Assembly (NCBI GenBank): GCA_964413975.1
Contig: CAYPUL010000001.1
Span: 1-47,865, forward strand
DNA length: 47,865 nucleotides
Direction of reading: 5' to 3'
Source: Candidatus Woesearchaeota archaeon
GTDB taxonomy: Archaea; Nanobdellota; Nanobdellia; Pacearchaeales; GW2011-AR1
Every line of letters begins with the position of its first letter. Position 1 is the stretch's first letter. The notes beneath the pieces were generated by a model that was given only the letters and a program-made list of their open reading frames with translations, was not told where the DNA came from and did no database searches. Positions 18,550 through 28,557 of this stretch are shown here, piece by piece. A program made the position numbers and the translations under genes.

Positions 18550-21248
18550 CTTAGTTTCTTTCTGCATCCAAATGGGTAATCGAACAACCAGAAGTTTAAA
18601 CACCGTTGACAAACACCAAAATCATCTTCATTGATACAAATATGGTTCTTTGGACACTTAAGCAGTTCATAGTCTAAAACATTTCCGGTACAGTAATATG
18701 CTTTCAGATAACGATCTGGATAATAATTAGGATTACAAATATCTTTTTGTTTAACATATCCCTCTTTTTGATTCCCAGTTACTGTATTCTTCTCCTTTTT
18801 TATTAAGTCGTATGAGAGTGGGTTAGATTCCTTTTGTTGAGCAGGACTGACTCGATTATCTGTTCTTGTGGGGAATACTCTTCCCGCAGGGTCATTGCAT
18901 GTGTATCCAAGTTGTCCTGCGTCAACAACAGCAGGCGCAGGCGGTGTTGTTGATCCTTCAACTCCACCACATGTAACACTAACGCTATTGCTATTCGCGT
19001 CTAATCCTTCATCACCGCTGTCAATGTAATAGGTATGACTCCCTGCAGAGGCTTCAAAACTAGTTGACAGCAAGGTCTGCCCGATAACTACATCACGTGG
19101 TTGCTCAACAAACTTCACAACTTGATTATTCTCTATAACATTATATCCACTAGCTGAATTAATACTAGCCCATGATAAATCAATGCGTGTTCCGCTGCAG
19201 AAGCCAGAGAGTGAGATCTCGAATTGTGTTGGTGGTGGTGTCGCAAGAGAAGGCTGAATATCACTGACAATAGTTGGTTGGATACCGCTAACTATATTCG
19301 CTTTCAGCTCTCGAAAGATGTTCATAGCTAAACCAGGGTCGCGTTGTGCGCCAAAAATACTAACTAACCCTCCTCCGGGTTTATCGAACAAGAAGTCAAT
19401 CAAACTCTCCTGAAACGCAACATCTATTCTGCCAGAATTCAAACGACTCTGTAAAGTATCAGCCATAGTATTACTTAATACGCGTACCCTCTGAACAGCT
19501 GTAGCACTTAGATCAGCACTCAACGTTGCATCATCAACAAGAAGTTCTTTCAATACCTTCTCGCCTAAGATAGCATTTCGTGGCGTATTGAAAAAGCCGC
19601 TAGCTCCATACAAATAATCCAACAGACTAATCTGAAACTCAATATCAATATTTTGTGCATTAAACTTTGTCTGCAAATTACTAGTCATACTAGGATTCCT
19701 GCTCTCTAGATAACTAATAACCTCTTCTTTTAACTCGCGACTAATTATATATCCATTCAAAACAATAACTGCCTCGCTATCTCTGTCTTGCTCCAGCTCT
19801 CTACTTCTTCCTGTTCTAATCTCTCCACTTCCACTTTCGCACTGCTGAGCAACGAATCTACTCATTCCTGAATTCATTCCATTATTTATCCAAAATGTGT
19901 AAGTAGCTCCACTATCTAATGTAAGTCCTCCTTGTTGAATATAACTGCCATCTTTTGCATGCCAGAATGTTCTGCCTCCGCCGTCTGGAGCAATGACATT
20001 CTTTCTCGAGGATTCTACGTAACTATCCCAATAATCAGTTGGATAGGTTGTGCTTGGACCAGGAAATATGGCGATCCAATATTTTCCACTAGAAGGAACA
20101 CTACCTCCTTCCCAAGTAATCTTCGCCTTAGATACACCATTTTCACAATAGCTCTCTGCAACACCAAGTTGTTGAACTGGTTCTAGTGTAGTTGGTGTTG
20201 GTGTTGGAGTAGGTGTTGGAGTTGGTGTTGGAGTTGGTGTTGGAGTTGGTGTTGGAGTTGGTGTAGGTGTAGGTGTAGGTGTAGGAGTTGGTGTTGGTGT
20301 TGGTGTAGGAGTGGATGATGTACATCGCTGAGCAACGAATCTACTCATTCCTGAATTAATTCCATTATTTATCCAGAATGTGTATGTAGCTCCGCTCTCT
20401 AAGACAAATCCTCCTTGTTGAATATAACTGCCATCTTTTGCATGCCAGAATGTCCTGCCTCCACCATTAGGAGCAATAACACTTTTTGTAGGAGCACTCA
20501 CATAAGTATCCCAATAATCAGTTGGGTATGTTGTGCTTGAACCAGGAAATATGGCGATCCAATATTTTCCACTAGAAGGAACGCTGCCTCCTTCCCAAGT
20601 AATCCTTGCCTTAGATACACCATTTTCACAATAGCTCTCTGCAACACCAAGTTGTTGAACTGGTTCTAGTGTAGTTGGTGTTGGAGTAGGAGTAGGAGTT
20701 GGTGTAGGAGTTGGTGTTGGCGTGGGGGTGGGTGTAGGCGTTGGAGCAGGAGTTGGTGTAGGTGTGGATGATGTACATCGCTGGGGAATAAAGTCTTGTA
20801 TTCTGGAGTTCACACCATTATTGATCCATATAATATAGGCGCTTTCTCCTAGGAATGTAAGTCCTCCTTGTTGAATATAACTTCCATCTTTTGCATGCCA
20901 GAATGTTCGCGCACCACCATCAGGAGCAATAACACTAGTTGTGGAAGATTCTACATAACTATCCCAATAATCAGTTGGATATATAGTAAGATCCCTGTGG
21001 CTAGGAAAAGGAGCTATAGCAATCCAATATCTTCCACTACTAGGTGAGCTGCCGCCTGACCAAGAAATCCTTATTTTAGTTAACCCATTCTCACAATAAC
21101 TCTGTACATCAATCCTACTAACAGGGTCGGGACTCAATTGTGCACGCTTAAATCCGAACCATTCTAAGATATCATCGCCGAGTCCTGCAGACACAAGAGG
21201 AATACATAACAGTAAAACAAGAAATCCGAAATAGATTGTGGTTCTCAT
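18546..21248 (-). CDS. Large secreted multidomain surface protein (3 tandem Cys-bracketed domains, PT linkers, helical duplication, FN3-like module, Cys-rich C-terminus)
   Basis: Signal peptide MRTTIYFGFLVLLLCIPLVSAG from ATG 21248 (the track start 21275 is TTG). Three repeats of C-ENG-x-K-x-I-W-GGS-PSSG-YWIAI...FWHAKDGSYIQQGG...WINNG...Q-C. Two (TP)n linkers. C-terminal CxxxxC-rich domain. Confidence 0.85.
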   Translation of the reverse strand: MRTTIYFGFLVLLLCIPLVSAGLGDDILEWFGFKRAQLSPDPVSRIDVQSYCENGLTKIRISWSGGSSPSSGRYWIAIAPFPSHRDLTIYPTDYWDSYVESSTTSVIAPDGGARTFWHAKDGSYIQQGGLTFLGESAYIIWINNGVNSRIQDFIPQRCTSSTPTPTPAPTPTPTPTPTPTPTPTPTPTPTPTTLEPVQQLGVAESYCENGVSKARITWEGGSVPSSGKYWIAIFPGSSTTYPTDYWDTYVSAPTKSVIAPNGGGRTFWHAKDGSYIQQGGFVLESGATYTFWINNGINSGMSRFVAQRCTSSTPTPTPTPTPTPTPTPTPTPTPTPTPTPTPTPTPTPTPTPTTLEPVQQLGVAESYCENGVSKAKITWEGGSVPSSGKYWIAIFPGPSTTYPTDYWDSYVESSRKNVIAPDGGGRTFWHAKDGSYIQQGGLTLDSGATYTFWINNGMNSGMSRFVAQQCESGSGEIRTGRSRELEQDRDSEAVIVLNGYIISRELKEEVISYLESRNPSMTSNLQTKFNAQNIDIEFQISLLDYLYGASGFFNTPRNAILGEKVLKELLVDDATLSADLSATAVQRVRVLSNTMADTLQSRLNSGRIDVAFQESLIDFLFDKPGGGLVSIFGAQRDPGLAMNIFRELKANIVSGIQPTIVSDIQPSLATPPPTQFEISLSGFCSGTRIDLSWASINSASGYNVIENNQVVKFVEQPRDVVIGQTLLSTSFEASAGSHTYYIDSGDEGLDANSNSVSVTCGGVEGSTTPPAPAVVDAGQLGYTCNDPAGRVFPTRTDNRVSPAQQKESNPLSYDLIKKEKNTVTGNQKEGYVKQKDICNPNYYPDRYLKAYYCTGNVLDYELLKCPKNHICINEDDFGVCQRCLNFWLFDYPFGCRKKLS
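19845..20686. repeat. Direct repeat: two ~359-bp copies (19845-20203 and 20328-20686) offset by exactly 483 bp
   Basis: The copies align without indels and show only scattered substitutions. They encode domains 3 and 2 of the surface protein. A third, more diverged copy lies at about 20790-21130. Confidence 0.9.
20188..20312. repeat. Hexanucleotide (GGTGTT/GGAGTT/GGTGTA)n microsatellite encoding a Pro-Thr linker
   Basis: Uninterrupted GTTGGTGTTGGAGTTGG... run that translates on the minus strand to (TP)n. Confidence 0.9.
20671..20765. repeat. Second Pro-Thr-coding microsatellite
   Basis: GTTGGTGTTGGAGTAGGAGTAGG... run that translates on the minus strand to TPTPTPAPTPTP... Confidence 0.9.
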
Positions 21249-21337
21249 TGTTTCCTCTTTTTCATGTACAATCAATCTACCTTAGTTTATATACCTTACT
21301 TTGTCTTGGGCTTTCGTGAGATTATTTTGATTTTTGG

Positions 21338-22084
21338 TTATTGTAATTGACCAACATGTGTACCACTGCCTTTCCACTCACGAAAGGCTTTTTCATACCG
21401 CTCCCAGGTGTCTGTTGGAAACCATTGTCCTTGAAATAAGAAACCTGCGAGTTGTTCGCGGGAAGCAAGGACGGGCCAGATTTCTCGTTCAATAGAAACA
21501 GCTCTTCCTTCAGGAATTAGATCGATTACAGAAGGCTCTAAGACATAAAGCCCTGAATTAATGAGTTTACTTGGCGCTTCGTGTGCTAAAGGCTTCTCAA
21601 CAAATCTCTTTATCTTATATTCCTCAAGATTTACGACACCGTAACCAGTAATGTCCTCAACCTCTTTCAATGCAATAGTCGCCAACATACCCTTGCTGGT
21701 GTGAAAATTATATAATGTAGCTAAATCCATATCACTGAATAAGTTATCTCCATTGCACATGTAAAATCTTTCGCGTAAAAGATTCTTAGCTAGTCGGAGC
21801 GAACCAGCAGTACCTAACGGTTTTTCTTCGATAATGTATCGTAAACGAACTCCAAACTTCGAACCATCGCCAAAATAACGCATGAATTGCGAGGCTTTAT
21901 ACCCAATAGAGAGAATGATCTCTTGGACATTGTGTTTCCTAAATAATTCAATCCAATGCTCTAAGATAGGTTTTCCATGAATTGGTATCATTAATTTTGC
22001 GATTTCATAGGTTAATGGTCGAAGCCGCGTACCTAATCCACCAGCAAGGATAAACGCCTTTACAGGAACTACTTTTTCGTCCAT
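21338..22084 (-). CDS. Sugar-1-phosphate nucleotidyltransferase (NDP-sugar pyrophosphorylase)
   Basis: N-terminal AFILAGGLGTRLRPLT signature plus the IPIHGKPILEH motif. 248 aa. Confidence 0.85.
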   Translation of the reverse strand: MDEKVVPVKAFILAGGLGTRLRPLTYEIAKLMIPIHGKPILEHWIELFRKHNVQEIILSIGYKASQFMRYFGDGSKFGVRLRYIIEEKPLGTAGSLRLAKNLLRERFYMCNGDNLFSDMDLATLYNFHTSKGMLATIALKEVEDITGYGVVNLEEYKIKRFVEKPLAHEAPSKLINSGLYVLEPSVIDLIPEGRAVSIEREIWPVLASREQLAGFLFQGQWFPTDTWERYEKAFREWKGSGTHVGQLQ

Positions 22085-22138
22085 ACATCAAACCAAAGTC
22101 AGAAGGATATAAACACTTTGCTTTTTAATCGCATATAA

Positions 22139-22846
22139 TCAGTACCTCCCTCCAAGATAAACCTGTTTGATTTTTCTATGGCGAAGAATTTTCTTTCCAG
22201 ATCCCTGAAGGACGATTGCGCCATCTTCAAGTAGGTATGTTCTATCAGCGATTTCGAGAGCTTTCTTCGCATTTTGTTCAACAATCAAGAGCGACATACT
22301 GTATATATCGCGAAGTTTCGCAATGGTTTTGAATAATTCAGTTTGTATTTTAGGAGAAAGTCCTAGGGAGGGCTCGTCTAGGAGGAGCAAGGAAGGTTGT
22401 TGTATTAATGCTCTTCCTAGTGAAAGCATTCTTCGTTCGCCACCGCTTAATACATACGCAAACTCTTTCCTCCGCTCTTGGAGAAAAGGGAATTGTTTGT
22501 AGACTAGCGTAAAGCGCGCTTCTCGCTCTGCTGGTTTTAGCTTAATACCTAACCTTAGATTTTCTTCAACACGAAGATTCTCAAAAATAACCCTTCCTTG
22601 ATTCACATAGCAAAGACCTTTTTTTATTAGCTCATATGGTTTCAAACCAACAATGCTTTTTCCTTCAAATAAGATATCTCCCTTGCTAATCTCTGCAAGA
22701 TTAAAGATTGATCGCAACAGTGTACTTTTCCCAGCCCCGTTTGGTCCAATGAGCGCAACAATCTCGCTTTTCTTGATACTTAGTGTTATTCTTTTTAGGA
22801 TATCTAATCCGTTATATCCTGCATGGAGATCCTTAATCTGTAGCAT
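22139..22846 (-). CDS. livF: Branched-chain amino acid ABC transporter, ATP-binding protein
   Basis: Walker A GPNGAGKST, ABC signature LSGGERRML, Walker B LLLLDEPS. Last gene of the liv-type operon. Confidence 0.88.
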   Translation of the reverse strand: MLQIKDLHAGYNGLDILKRITLSIKKSEIVALIGPNGAGKSTLLRSIFNLAEISKGDILFEGKSIVGLKPYELIKKGLCYVNQGRVIFENLRVEENLRLGIKLKPAEREARFTLVYKQFPFLQERRKEFAYVLSGGERRMLSLGRALIQQPSLLLLDEPSLGLSPKIQTELFKTIAKLRDIYSMSLLIVEQNAKKALEIADRTYLLEDGAIVLQGSGKKILRHRKIKQVYLGGRY

Positions 22847-23576
22847 TATTCCCTCCTAGATATGCATCTAGAACCTTTTTGTTCCTTCTAATCTCTTTGG
22901 GCTTCCCTTTCGCGATAACCTTGCCCTGATCTAATACATAGACATAATCTGCTAGATCCATTATAAAATTCATGTCATGCTCAATTAGTAGAATACTTTC
23001 TCCTTCTTTCTTTAATTGAATAAGAATATCTCGTATTTTTTTTCGTAGATTCGGATGAACACCAGCAACTGGTTCATCGAGGAGTAAGAATGAATGTTTT
23101 CTTGTGAGTGCTATTGCTAGATCGAGTAATTTTCGCTGCCCGAAACTTAGCGTTGTAGGGAGGGTATTAAGGTCTACTTGTAGACCAACACGCTGAAGAA
23201 TCTTCAGGATCCTTTCTTTATCTGGAACGCGTGGCACTAATAGGTTGTGTAATAATCTTTCGTAGTCCTCTGACAAAGCAAGCTCAAGATGCTCTTGTAC
23301 ACTTAAATTCTGAAATAATCTTACTTCTTGGAATGTCCGCGCTATGCCATGTCGCGCAACTTCATAGTCTTTCAACTCTTCATAATGTTCTCTATCAAAA
23401 ATAATCGAGCCGGTATCTTCTTCTTCGATCCGTGAAATTATGTTAAAGAGAGTTGTTTTTCCGCTTCCATTTGGTCCTATTAATGCGGTGATCTTTTTCT
23501 TTTGGACTGTTAATGTGCATGAATCAAGTGCGTGAACGCCTCCAAAGCTCTTCACGATTTTTTCTATTTTAATCAT
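22833..23576 (-). CDS. livG: Branched-chain amino acid ABC transporter, ATP-binding protein
   Basis: Walker A GPNGSGKTT, FGQRKLL signature, LLLDEPVAG. ATG 23576 overlaps the livM stop (ATGATTAA). The track start 23603 is GTG. Confidence 0.88.
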   Translation of the reverse strand: MIKIEKIVKSFGGVHALDSCTLTVQKKKITALIGPNGSGKTTLFNIISRIEEEDTGSIIFDREHYEELKDYEVARHGIARTFQEVRLFQNLSVQEHLELALSEDYERLLHNLLVPRVPDKERILKILQRVGLQVDLNTLPTTLSFGQRKLLDLAIALTRKHSFLLLDEPVAGVHPNLRKKIRDILIQLKKEGESILLIEHDMNFIMDLADYVYVLDQGKVIAKGKPKEIRRNKKVLDAYLGGNNATD

Positions 23577-24444
23577 GTATGTCAATCCTTCCGTATAGTC
23601 CACGTGGCTGTTTCATTAAGATAAAAAGTAGCACGAGTGCATAAACGATCTGTCTCCCTGGTCCGATAATGCTGCTCGGTAATTGAACAAATCTAACGAG
23701 TTCTGCTAAGGAAATGATAACAAATGTTGCTATGATTGATCCTTTCAATGAAGCAAGACCTCCAACAACTACAATTGTTAGAACGAGGATGAGCTCATGA
23801 ATAGAAAAAATGTTTGGGTCAATGTAGCTTAAGTAATGGGCTAATAAACTTCCTGCAATACCAACAAAAAAAGCGGAAATGCTCATGGTAACATACTTTA
23901 GTCGCTGGGTATTGATACCGAGCATTCTGAGCGCGGTTTCATCATCACGCATTGCAGCTAATAACACTCCAAACCCTGAACTAACAATTCTGGAGAGTAC
24001 TAATAAGGAAACAAGGGCAATAGCTGACACAAAGATGAGATAGAGAAGGTTTTCTTCGAGCATAAAACCGAAGAATGTAGCTCTAGGTATGCCTGGGATT
24101 CCGAGGGGGCCGCGGGTTATCTTGGTAAGATTTGAGAGTAAGGAATAAATCACGAACGCAAAGCCGAGTGATGCGAGTGCATAGTAATCTCCTTTTAACC
24201 TTTTTGTTGCGAACACTAAAAAAATACCAAAAAAGCCTGCAAGAAGTCCTGCTGCGAGAAATGCAACAAAGAAGGGGATGCCACGTAATACCAGTAATGT
24301 TGATGTATACGCACCAATACCAAATAGGGCAACATGTCCGAGATTTAATAATCCGGAATAACCTAAGGCAAGATTAAGACTTGTAATAACGATAAGATAA
24401 ATCCCAATTAGGATTAAGATATGGACAAGATAGGGTATGATCAT
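23569..24444 (-). CDS. livM: Branched-chain amino acid ABC transporter permease
   Basis: Polytopic membrane protein of LivM type (LNLGHVALFGIGAY). 4-nt overlap with livH. Confidence 0.85.
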   Translation of the reverse strand: MIIPYLVHILILIGIYLIVITSLNLALGYSGLLNLGHVALFGIGAYTSTLLVLRGIPFFVAFLAAGLLAGFFGIFLVFATKRLKGDYYALASLGFAFVIYSLLSNLTKITRGPLGIPGIPRATFFGFMLEENLLYLIFVSAIALVSLLVLSRIVSSGFGVLLAAMRDDETALRMLGINTQRLKYVTMSISAFFVGIAGSLLAHYLSYIDPNIFSIHELILVLTIVVVGGLASLKGSIIATFVIISLAELVRFVQLPSSIIGPGRQIVYALVLLFILMKQPRGLYGRIDIHD

Positions 24445-25319
24445 GAGATCCTCCGTTTTATACGAACAATTCCTTCAGGTTTCAACAAGAGAAATAAAAA
24501 CAGGAGAACAAACGAAATTGCATCTTTATACCCTGAAGGTAAAAATAAAAGGCCGATATTTTCTGCTAACCCGAGTAGGTATGATCCGAGGACAGCGGTA
24601 GGGACAGAGCTGATACCTCCAATAATTGCACCGGTAAAGCCCCTAATAATTAACTGCGTTCCACTATATGGCGTTATGTTCTGTTCAAGTGCAATAAAAA
24701 TACCTGCAATGCCTGCAAGAAAAGAACCGATTAAGAAAGAGAGATGAGAGATTTTTTTACTATTGATACCGATAAGCGAGGCTAGTTCTTTATTATCCGA
24801 AATAGCCCTCATTTCTCTTCCCCAAAGTGTTTTCTGCATGAACAAGAAGAGAAGAATAAGGAGAATTAGCGAGGAGGAGAATATAGTGAGTTGGAAAGGG
24901 GTTGCTTGAACACCAAGGAGCGTGATTCCTTCCTCGATTTTAATGTACCCGACGTCCTTGACTGTTGCGCCGTATATGAGTAACATTGTATTTTGCAACA
25001 GGATATGAAGAGATAGGGAGGCAATGAGTAGGATAACGCGACTTGCTTTCCTCTTTTCTAGTGGGTAATAGACTATGTTGTATATAAAAAAACCGAGAAA
25101 GCTTGTGTAGAACAATGCTAATAGTACTGAGAAAACAAAATGAAAGCCAACCAGATGAAAGAAGGTATAGACAAGGTATCCTGCAAAGATGACAATGCTG
25201 CCATGCGCAAAATGCATGAAGCGGTTAGTCATACTAATCAGGGTAAATCCTGAAGCAACTAACGCGTAAATCGATCCTGCGATGAGCCCATTCACAACGA
25301 GCTGTAAAATCAGCGACAT
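24441..25319 (-). CDS. livH: Branched-chain amino acid ABC transporter permease
   Basis: LivH-type permease (QLVVNGLIAGSIYALVASGFTLI; FAHGS). Confidence 0.85.
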   Translation of the reverse strand: MSLILQLVVNGLIAGSIYALVASGFTLISMTNRFMHFAHGSIVIFAGYLVYTFFHLVGFHFVFSVLLALFYTSFLGFFIYNIVYYPLEKRKASRVILLIASLSLHILLQNTMLLIYGATVKDVGYIKIEEGITLLGVQATPFQLTIFSSSLILLILLFLFMQKTLWGREMRAISDNKELASLIGINSKKISHLSFLIGSFLAGIAGIFIALEQNITPYSGTQLIIRGFTGAIIGGISSVPTAVLGSYLLGLAENIGLLFLPSGYKDAISFVLLFLFLLLKPEGIVRIKRRIS

Positions 25320-25333
25320 ATTCGTTGTATAGC

Positions 25334-26524
25334 CTACTCGACCAACACAAACGTGTTGTTTTGGAGTTGGTAAACATCGTATGTCCCTGAGACATCTCCT
25401 TGTTCATCAAAATCAATTGATCCTGAGGCACCCTCGAACTGTAGTGTTGTAAGTTGTTTCTGTATCTCAGGTCCTGTTTTTGCACTGTTCTTTATTGCGC
25501 GAGCTAGTGCATCAAAAGCGTCATATGCTTGTGGCGCGAATGGCTGTACTTCTAACCCGTGTTCGCGCATATATGCGTCTGCGAAACTCTCTGTTCCTGC
25601 TGATACTGAGGTGATTGTCAGTCCTTGTGCTGCCTTCTGCGCTGCGATTTCAGGTCCTTTTAGCCCTTCTGACCCAAATACACGTGTTTTTATCCCCATC
25701 TGCTTTAGCTGTTTTAGAATAGCGACAGATGAATCAGGGGAATTACTGATGATATAGATCGCATCAGGTTTTGCAGCACGGATTTTTGCCAACTGCGTTC
25801 GTAAATCAACAACACCGCGCTCAAATGTCTCTTCTGCAACAACCTTTCCTCCGAGAATCTCAAAATTCTCCTTGAGGACATTCTTGAATCCTATCCCATA
25901 TTCTTCGTTACTGAAGAGAATAGATAGATTTCGAAAACCTTCGCTAAAAACAAGTGCTGCACCGAACTTTCCTTGAAAACTATCACTTGGAATAGTTCGG
26001 AAGATATATTCGCCAGCTTTCGTTATCTCTGGGCTTGTTGAACTTGCAGAGATCATTACTACCTTATTTTGTTCTGCGATCGGTGCTGTTGCAAGTGTTG
26101 CTCCTGAACAAACCTCTCCTACAATAGCAACAACACCATCAACATCAATTAATTTACGGACAGCACTTACTGCCTCTTTCCCATCACATTTTGTGTCTTC
26201 GTAGATAAGTTTTACATTCTCTAATCCTGAGTCTTTCAATGCAAGTTCTACTCCACGTTTGATTGCATGGCCGTAACTTGCTGCATCTCCTGTAAGAGGT
26301 CCCATGAACCCTATTTTTATTTCATTCTTGCTGCTTTTCACTCCATCGAATAGCGAGCCTCCGGTTATTGTTCCGTAGGCGTAGATAAGAATAACAATTG
26401 CAACAACAGCTATACCAACAATAAATGCTGAGGTATTTGCGTCTTGGCGAGTGTCGCTTTCTTCCTCCTTTTTTTTGTCAGCAGCCTCCTCGCTTTCTTT
26501 TGGCTTTTCTTTCTTTTCAGCCAT
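25334..26524 (-). CDS. livK: ABC transporter substrate-binding protein (Leu/Ile/Val-binding family), TM-anchored
   Basis: Lys/Glu-rich N-terminus and TM anchor, then a type-I periplasmic binding fold (IKIGFMGPLTGDAASYG...). CTTTATATAG box at 26548-26557 on the minus strand. Confidence 0.85.
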   Translation of the reverse strand: MAEKKEKPKESEEAADKKKEEESDTRQDANTSAFIVGIAVVAIVILIYAYGTITGGSLFDGVKSSKNEIKIGFMGPLTGDAASYGHAIKRGVELALKDSGLENVKLIYEDTKCDGKEAVSAVRKLIDVDGVVAIVGEVCSGATLATAPIAEQNKVVMISASSTSPEITKAGEYIFRTIPSDSFQGKFGAALVFSEGFRNLSILFSNEEYGIGFKNVLKENFEILGGKVVAEETFERGVVDLRTQLAKIRAAKPDAIYIISNSPDSSVAILKQLKQMGIKTRVFGSEGLKGPEIAAQKAAQGLTITSVSAGTESFADAYMREHGLEVQPFAPQAYDAFDALARAIKNSAKTGPEIQKQLTTLQFEGASGSIDFDEQGDVSGTYDVYQLQNNTFVLVE

Positions 26525-26577
26525 GGTAACTCAGTGATACACCTCTATATAAAGTTTTATTTGTTCGTATATACACA

Positions 26578-27384
26578 TTATGGATATAGGAAACTGTACA
26601 GGAAAATACTGCCAACTAGGAGAGCGAGAATGCTGGTATACACACCAAACCACCAGAGGTTCTTTTTATTCTTTAGGAGATATTTTAGTAAAAGGTGAAT
26701 TGTTGTCATACCGACTATAAATGAGAGTAGTGTTGCCCAAACAAGGTTTGATGGTAGGGGTTGTGTTCCGATCACTAGGATATTCGCTCCGAAAATAACA
26801 GGGATTGACATAAGAAAAGAGAGACGAAGCGCTTCTTTTTCCTTTAATCCGGCAAGCAAACCAGCAGCAATGGTCATTCCACTTCGGGATATCCCAGGAA
26901 AAAGAGCAAATACCTGTGCAATGCCTACAATTAGCGCTTCACGATATCCGAAACTTTCCCTCTTTACAAATGCTATACGTTCGAAATCAAGTGAAGTAAT
27001 AAACAATACTAAGGCAGTTATCCCGAAACCAATTGCCACAAGACCAAGATTCTCAAACGTTAACTCAAAAATCTGCCGGAAAATAAAACCAACGGCTGCA
27101 GCAGGAATTGTTGCTATTCCTATTAAAGTTCCCAAACGACCATGTTCGCTTTTCCATCTCCTATGTAACAAAGCGCGAACTATGTCAACAATATCCCTGC
27201 CATAGTAAACAAACACTGCCATTAGTGTTCCTAGGTGTACAACAACTTCGAATACGAAATCAGCATTATGCCCTAATAGCCACTCTGCCACAACCAAATG
27301 TCCAGAACTAGAAATAGGTAACCATTCACTTACGCCTTGTACAACTGCTAAGATCAACCCTGCTAGGAAATTATACTCTATCAC
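26578..27384 (-). CDS. uppP: Undecaprenyl-diphosphatase (BacA/UppP family)
   Basis: GVSEWLPISSSGH and PGISRSG motifs, eight TM spans, GTG start. Confidence 0.88.
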   Translation of the reverse strand: MIEYNFLAGLILAVVQGVSEWLPISSSGHLVVAEWLLGHNADFVFEVVVHLGTLMAVFVYYGRDIVDIVRALLHRRWKSEHGRLGTLIGIATIPAAAVGFIFRQIFELTFENLGLVAIGFGITALVLFITSLDFERIAFVKRESFGYREALIVGIAQVFALFPGISRSGMTIAAGLLAGLKEKEALRLSFLMSIPVIFGANILVIGTQPLPSNLVWATLLSFIVGMTTIHLLLKYLLKNKKNLWWFGVYTSILALLVGSIFLYSFLYP

Positions 27385-27426
27385 CTCAAAAACGCAAACA
27401 TGGACTTAATAAGAATTCCTATACTC

Positions 27427-28296
27427 CTAATCAAATAGACTCATAAGCCACGAGATGAGGCGTCTAAAAAATCCCTCTTTCTTTTGTGGCAAACTACTCT
27501 CAGTTCTATTTATCGTGGTATTTGTAGCAGCATTTTGTGAAACATTCGTTGTAATAGAAAGGCTAGTATTCTCTTCTGTTCCATTTGTACTTTGATTTGA
27601 TGGTGTTACATTCTCGGTTGTATTCAATGCTAAGGTCTGATTTATTGTTTGATTGTTGCTTGTTGTTTGTTCACTGGTATTTATAGCAGCTTCCTTAATA
27701 TCTCCTGTCGCACACTTGTATACATTAACAAGAGCATTAGTAGCGGAAGCAGAACTTAACTCAATAACGAAAGACTTATTTCCAACAGTTATTTTTTCTG
27801 AAGGGTTCTGTTCTTCAGACAGAGAAAGCTTTTGCGCCCCGATAACTAACTTCACATTCGCTCCTTCAGGCCCTGATTCCTCTGCGTTATCAAGATATAC
27901 ATATAAACCCTTTATCGTAACAACCTCAGCCTCGTTAATAGTGCCTGATTCTCCTCCAATAGATATCTTCGCAAGAGAAGAAGACGCATTAAGCATGGAG
28001 ATAGTGTAACTACCACTAATCAGATTAAGTGTCTCAGATGAAGTTATATTCGTTAAGCTAACCCTACGACTATCAATAAGTAAATCAGCATAAAACTCTC
28101 TAAATCGACTTCCTTCCTGCGCCCGACTTACCCCAATGCCAATATCATTAATAATACGTGATGAACCAAGACTTACTTCTCCACCATCACTTGTTACAGC
28201 ACTCCCATCACTACACTCTGCTTTCGCTGAGATACGGCCAAGACCTAGAGTGAAAAATAGTATAAAAAACATAAACGTTATTATACTCTTTTTCAT
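27427..28296 (-). CDS. Secreted protein with Asn/Thr-rich, sequon-dense C-terminal region
   Basis: Signal peptide MKKSIITFMFFILFFTLGLGRISA. The C-terminal third carries many N-x-S/T sequons (NQT, NTT, NVT, NQS, NGT, NTS, NVS, NRT). TTTATAAT box about 25-30 nt upstream. Confidence 0.7.
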   Translation of the reverse strand: MKKSIITFMFFILFFTLGLGRISAKAECSDGSAVTSDGGEVSLGSSRIINDIGIGVSRAQEGSRFREFYADLLIDSRRVSLTNITSSETLNLISGSYTISMLNASSSLAKISIGGESGTINEAEVVTIKGLYVYLDNAEESGPEGANVKLVIGAQKLSLSEEQNPSEKITVGNKSFVIELSSASATNALVNVYKCATGDIKEAAINTSEQTTSNNQTINQTLALNTTENVTPSNQSTNGTEENTSLSITTNVSQNAATNTTINRTESSLPQKKEGFFRRLISWLMSLFD

Positions 28297-28557
28297 GTGA
28301 AGAGATAGTCATCCACAGATTATAAAGATTTTGGACATTTTGTAGCACTATACTAAGAAAGATTTATAGTCATTTTCTTATTACCTCCTTACAGATGGCG
28401 CGCTCATTTCATTCGCGCACCCATAGGAAAAAAATGCAAAAAGCAAACAATATGTTTTTAGCGAATGCGACCCTGAAAGGGGAAAAACTTATGATTTGGT
28501 TTTTGCATTTTTTTCGTACAAGAACCGAAGGTTCCAAATGCTCAAATAAGAAATAGG

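Noticed and set aside
20143-20325. 60-aa ORF reading NTNTNSYTYTYT... and the idea that the GGTGTT repeats are a CRISPR or non-coding satellite
   Set aside because: It is an alternative frame of the Pro-Thr linker microsatellite. The repeats have a 6-nt period, no spacers, and are in frame within the 900-aa secreted protein.
28395-28556. 53-aa ORF (MARSFHSRTHRKKMQKANN...) in the structured intergenic region
   Set aside because: Its composition is dominated by the A/T-run inverted repeats, so RNA or DNA structure explains it better than coding.
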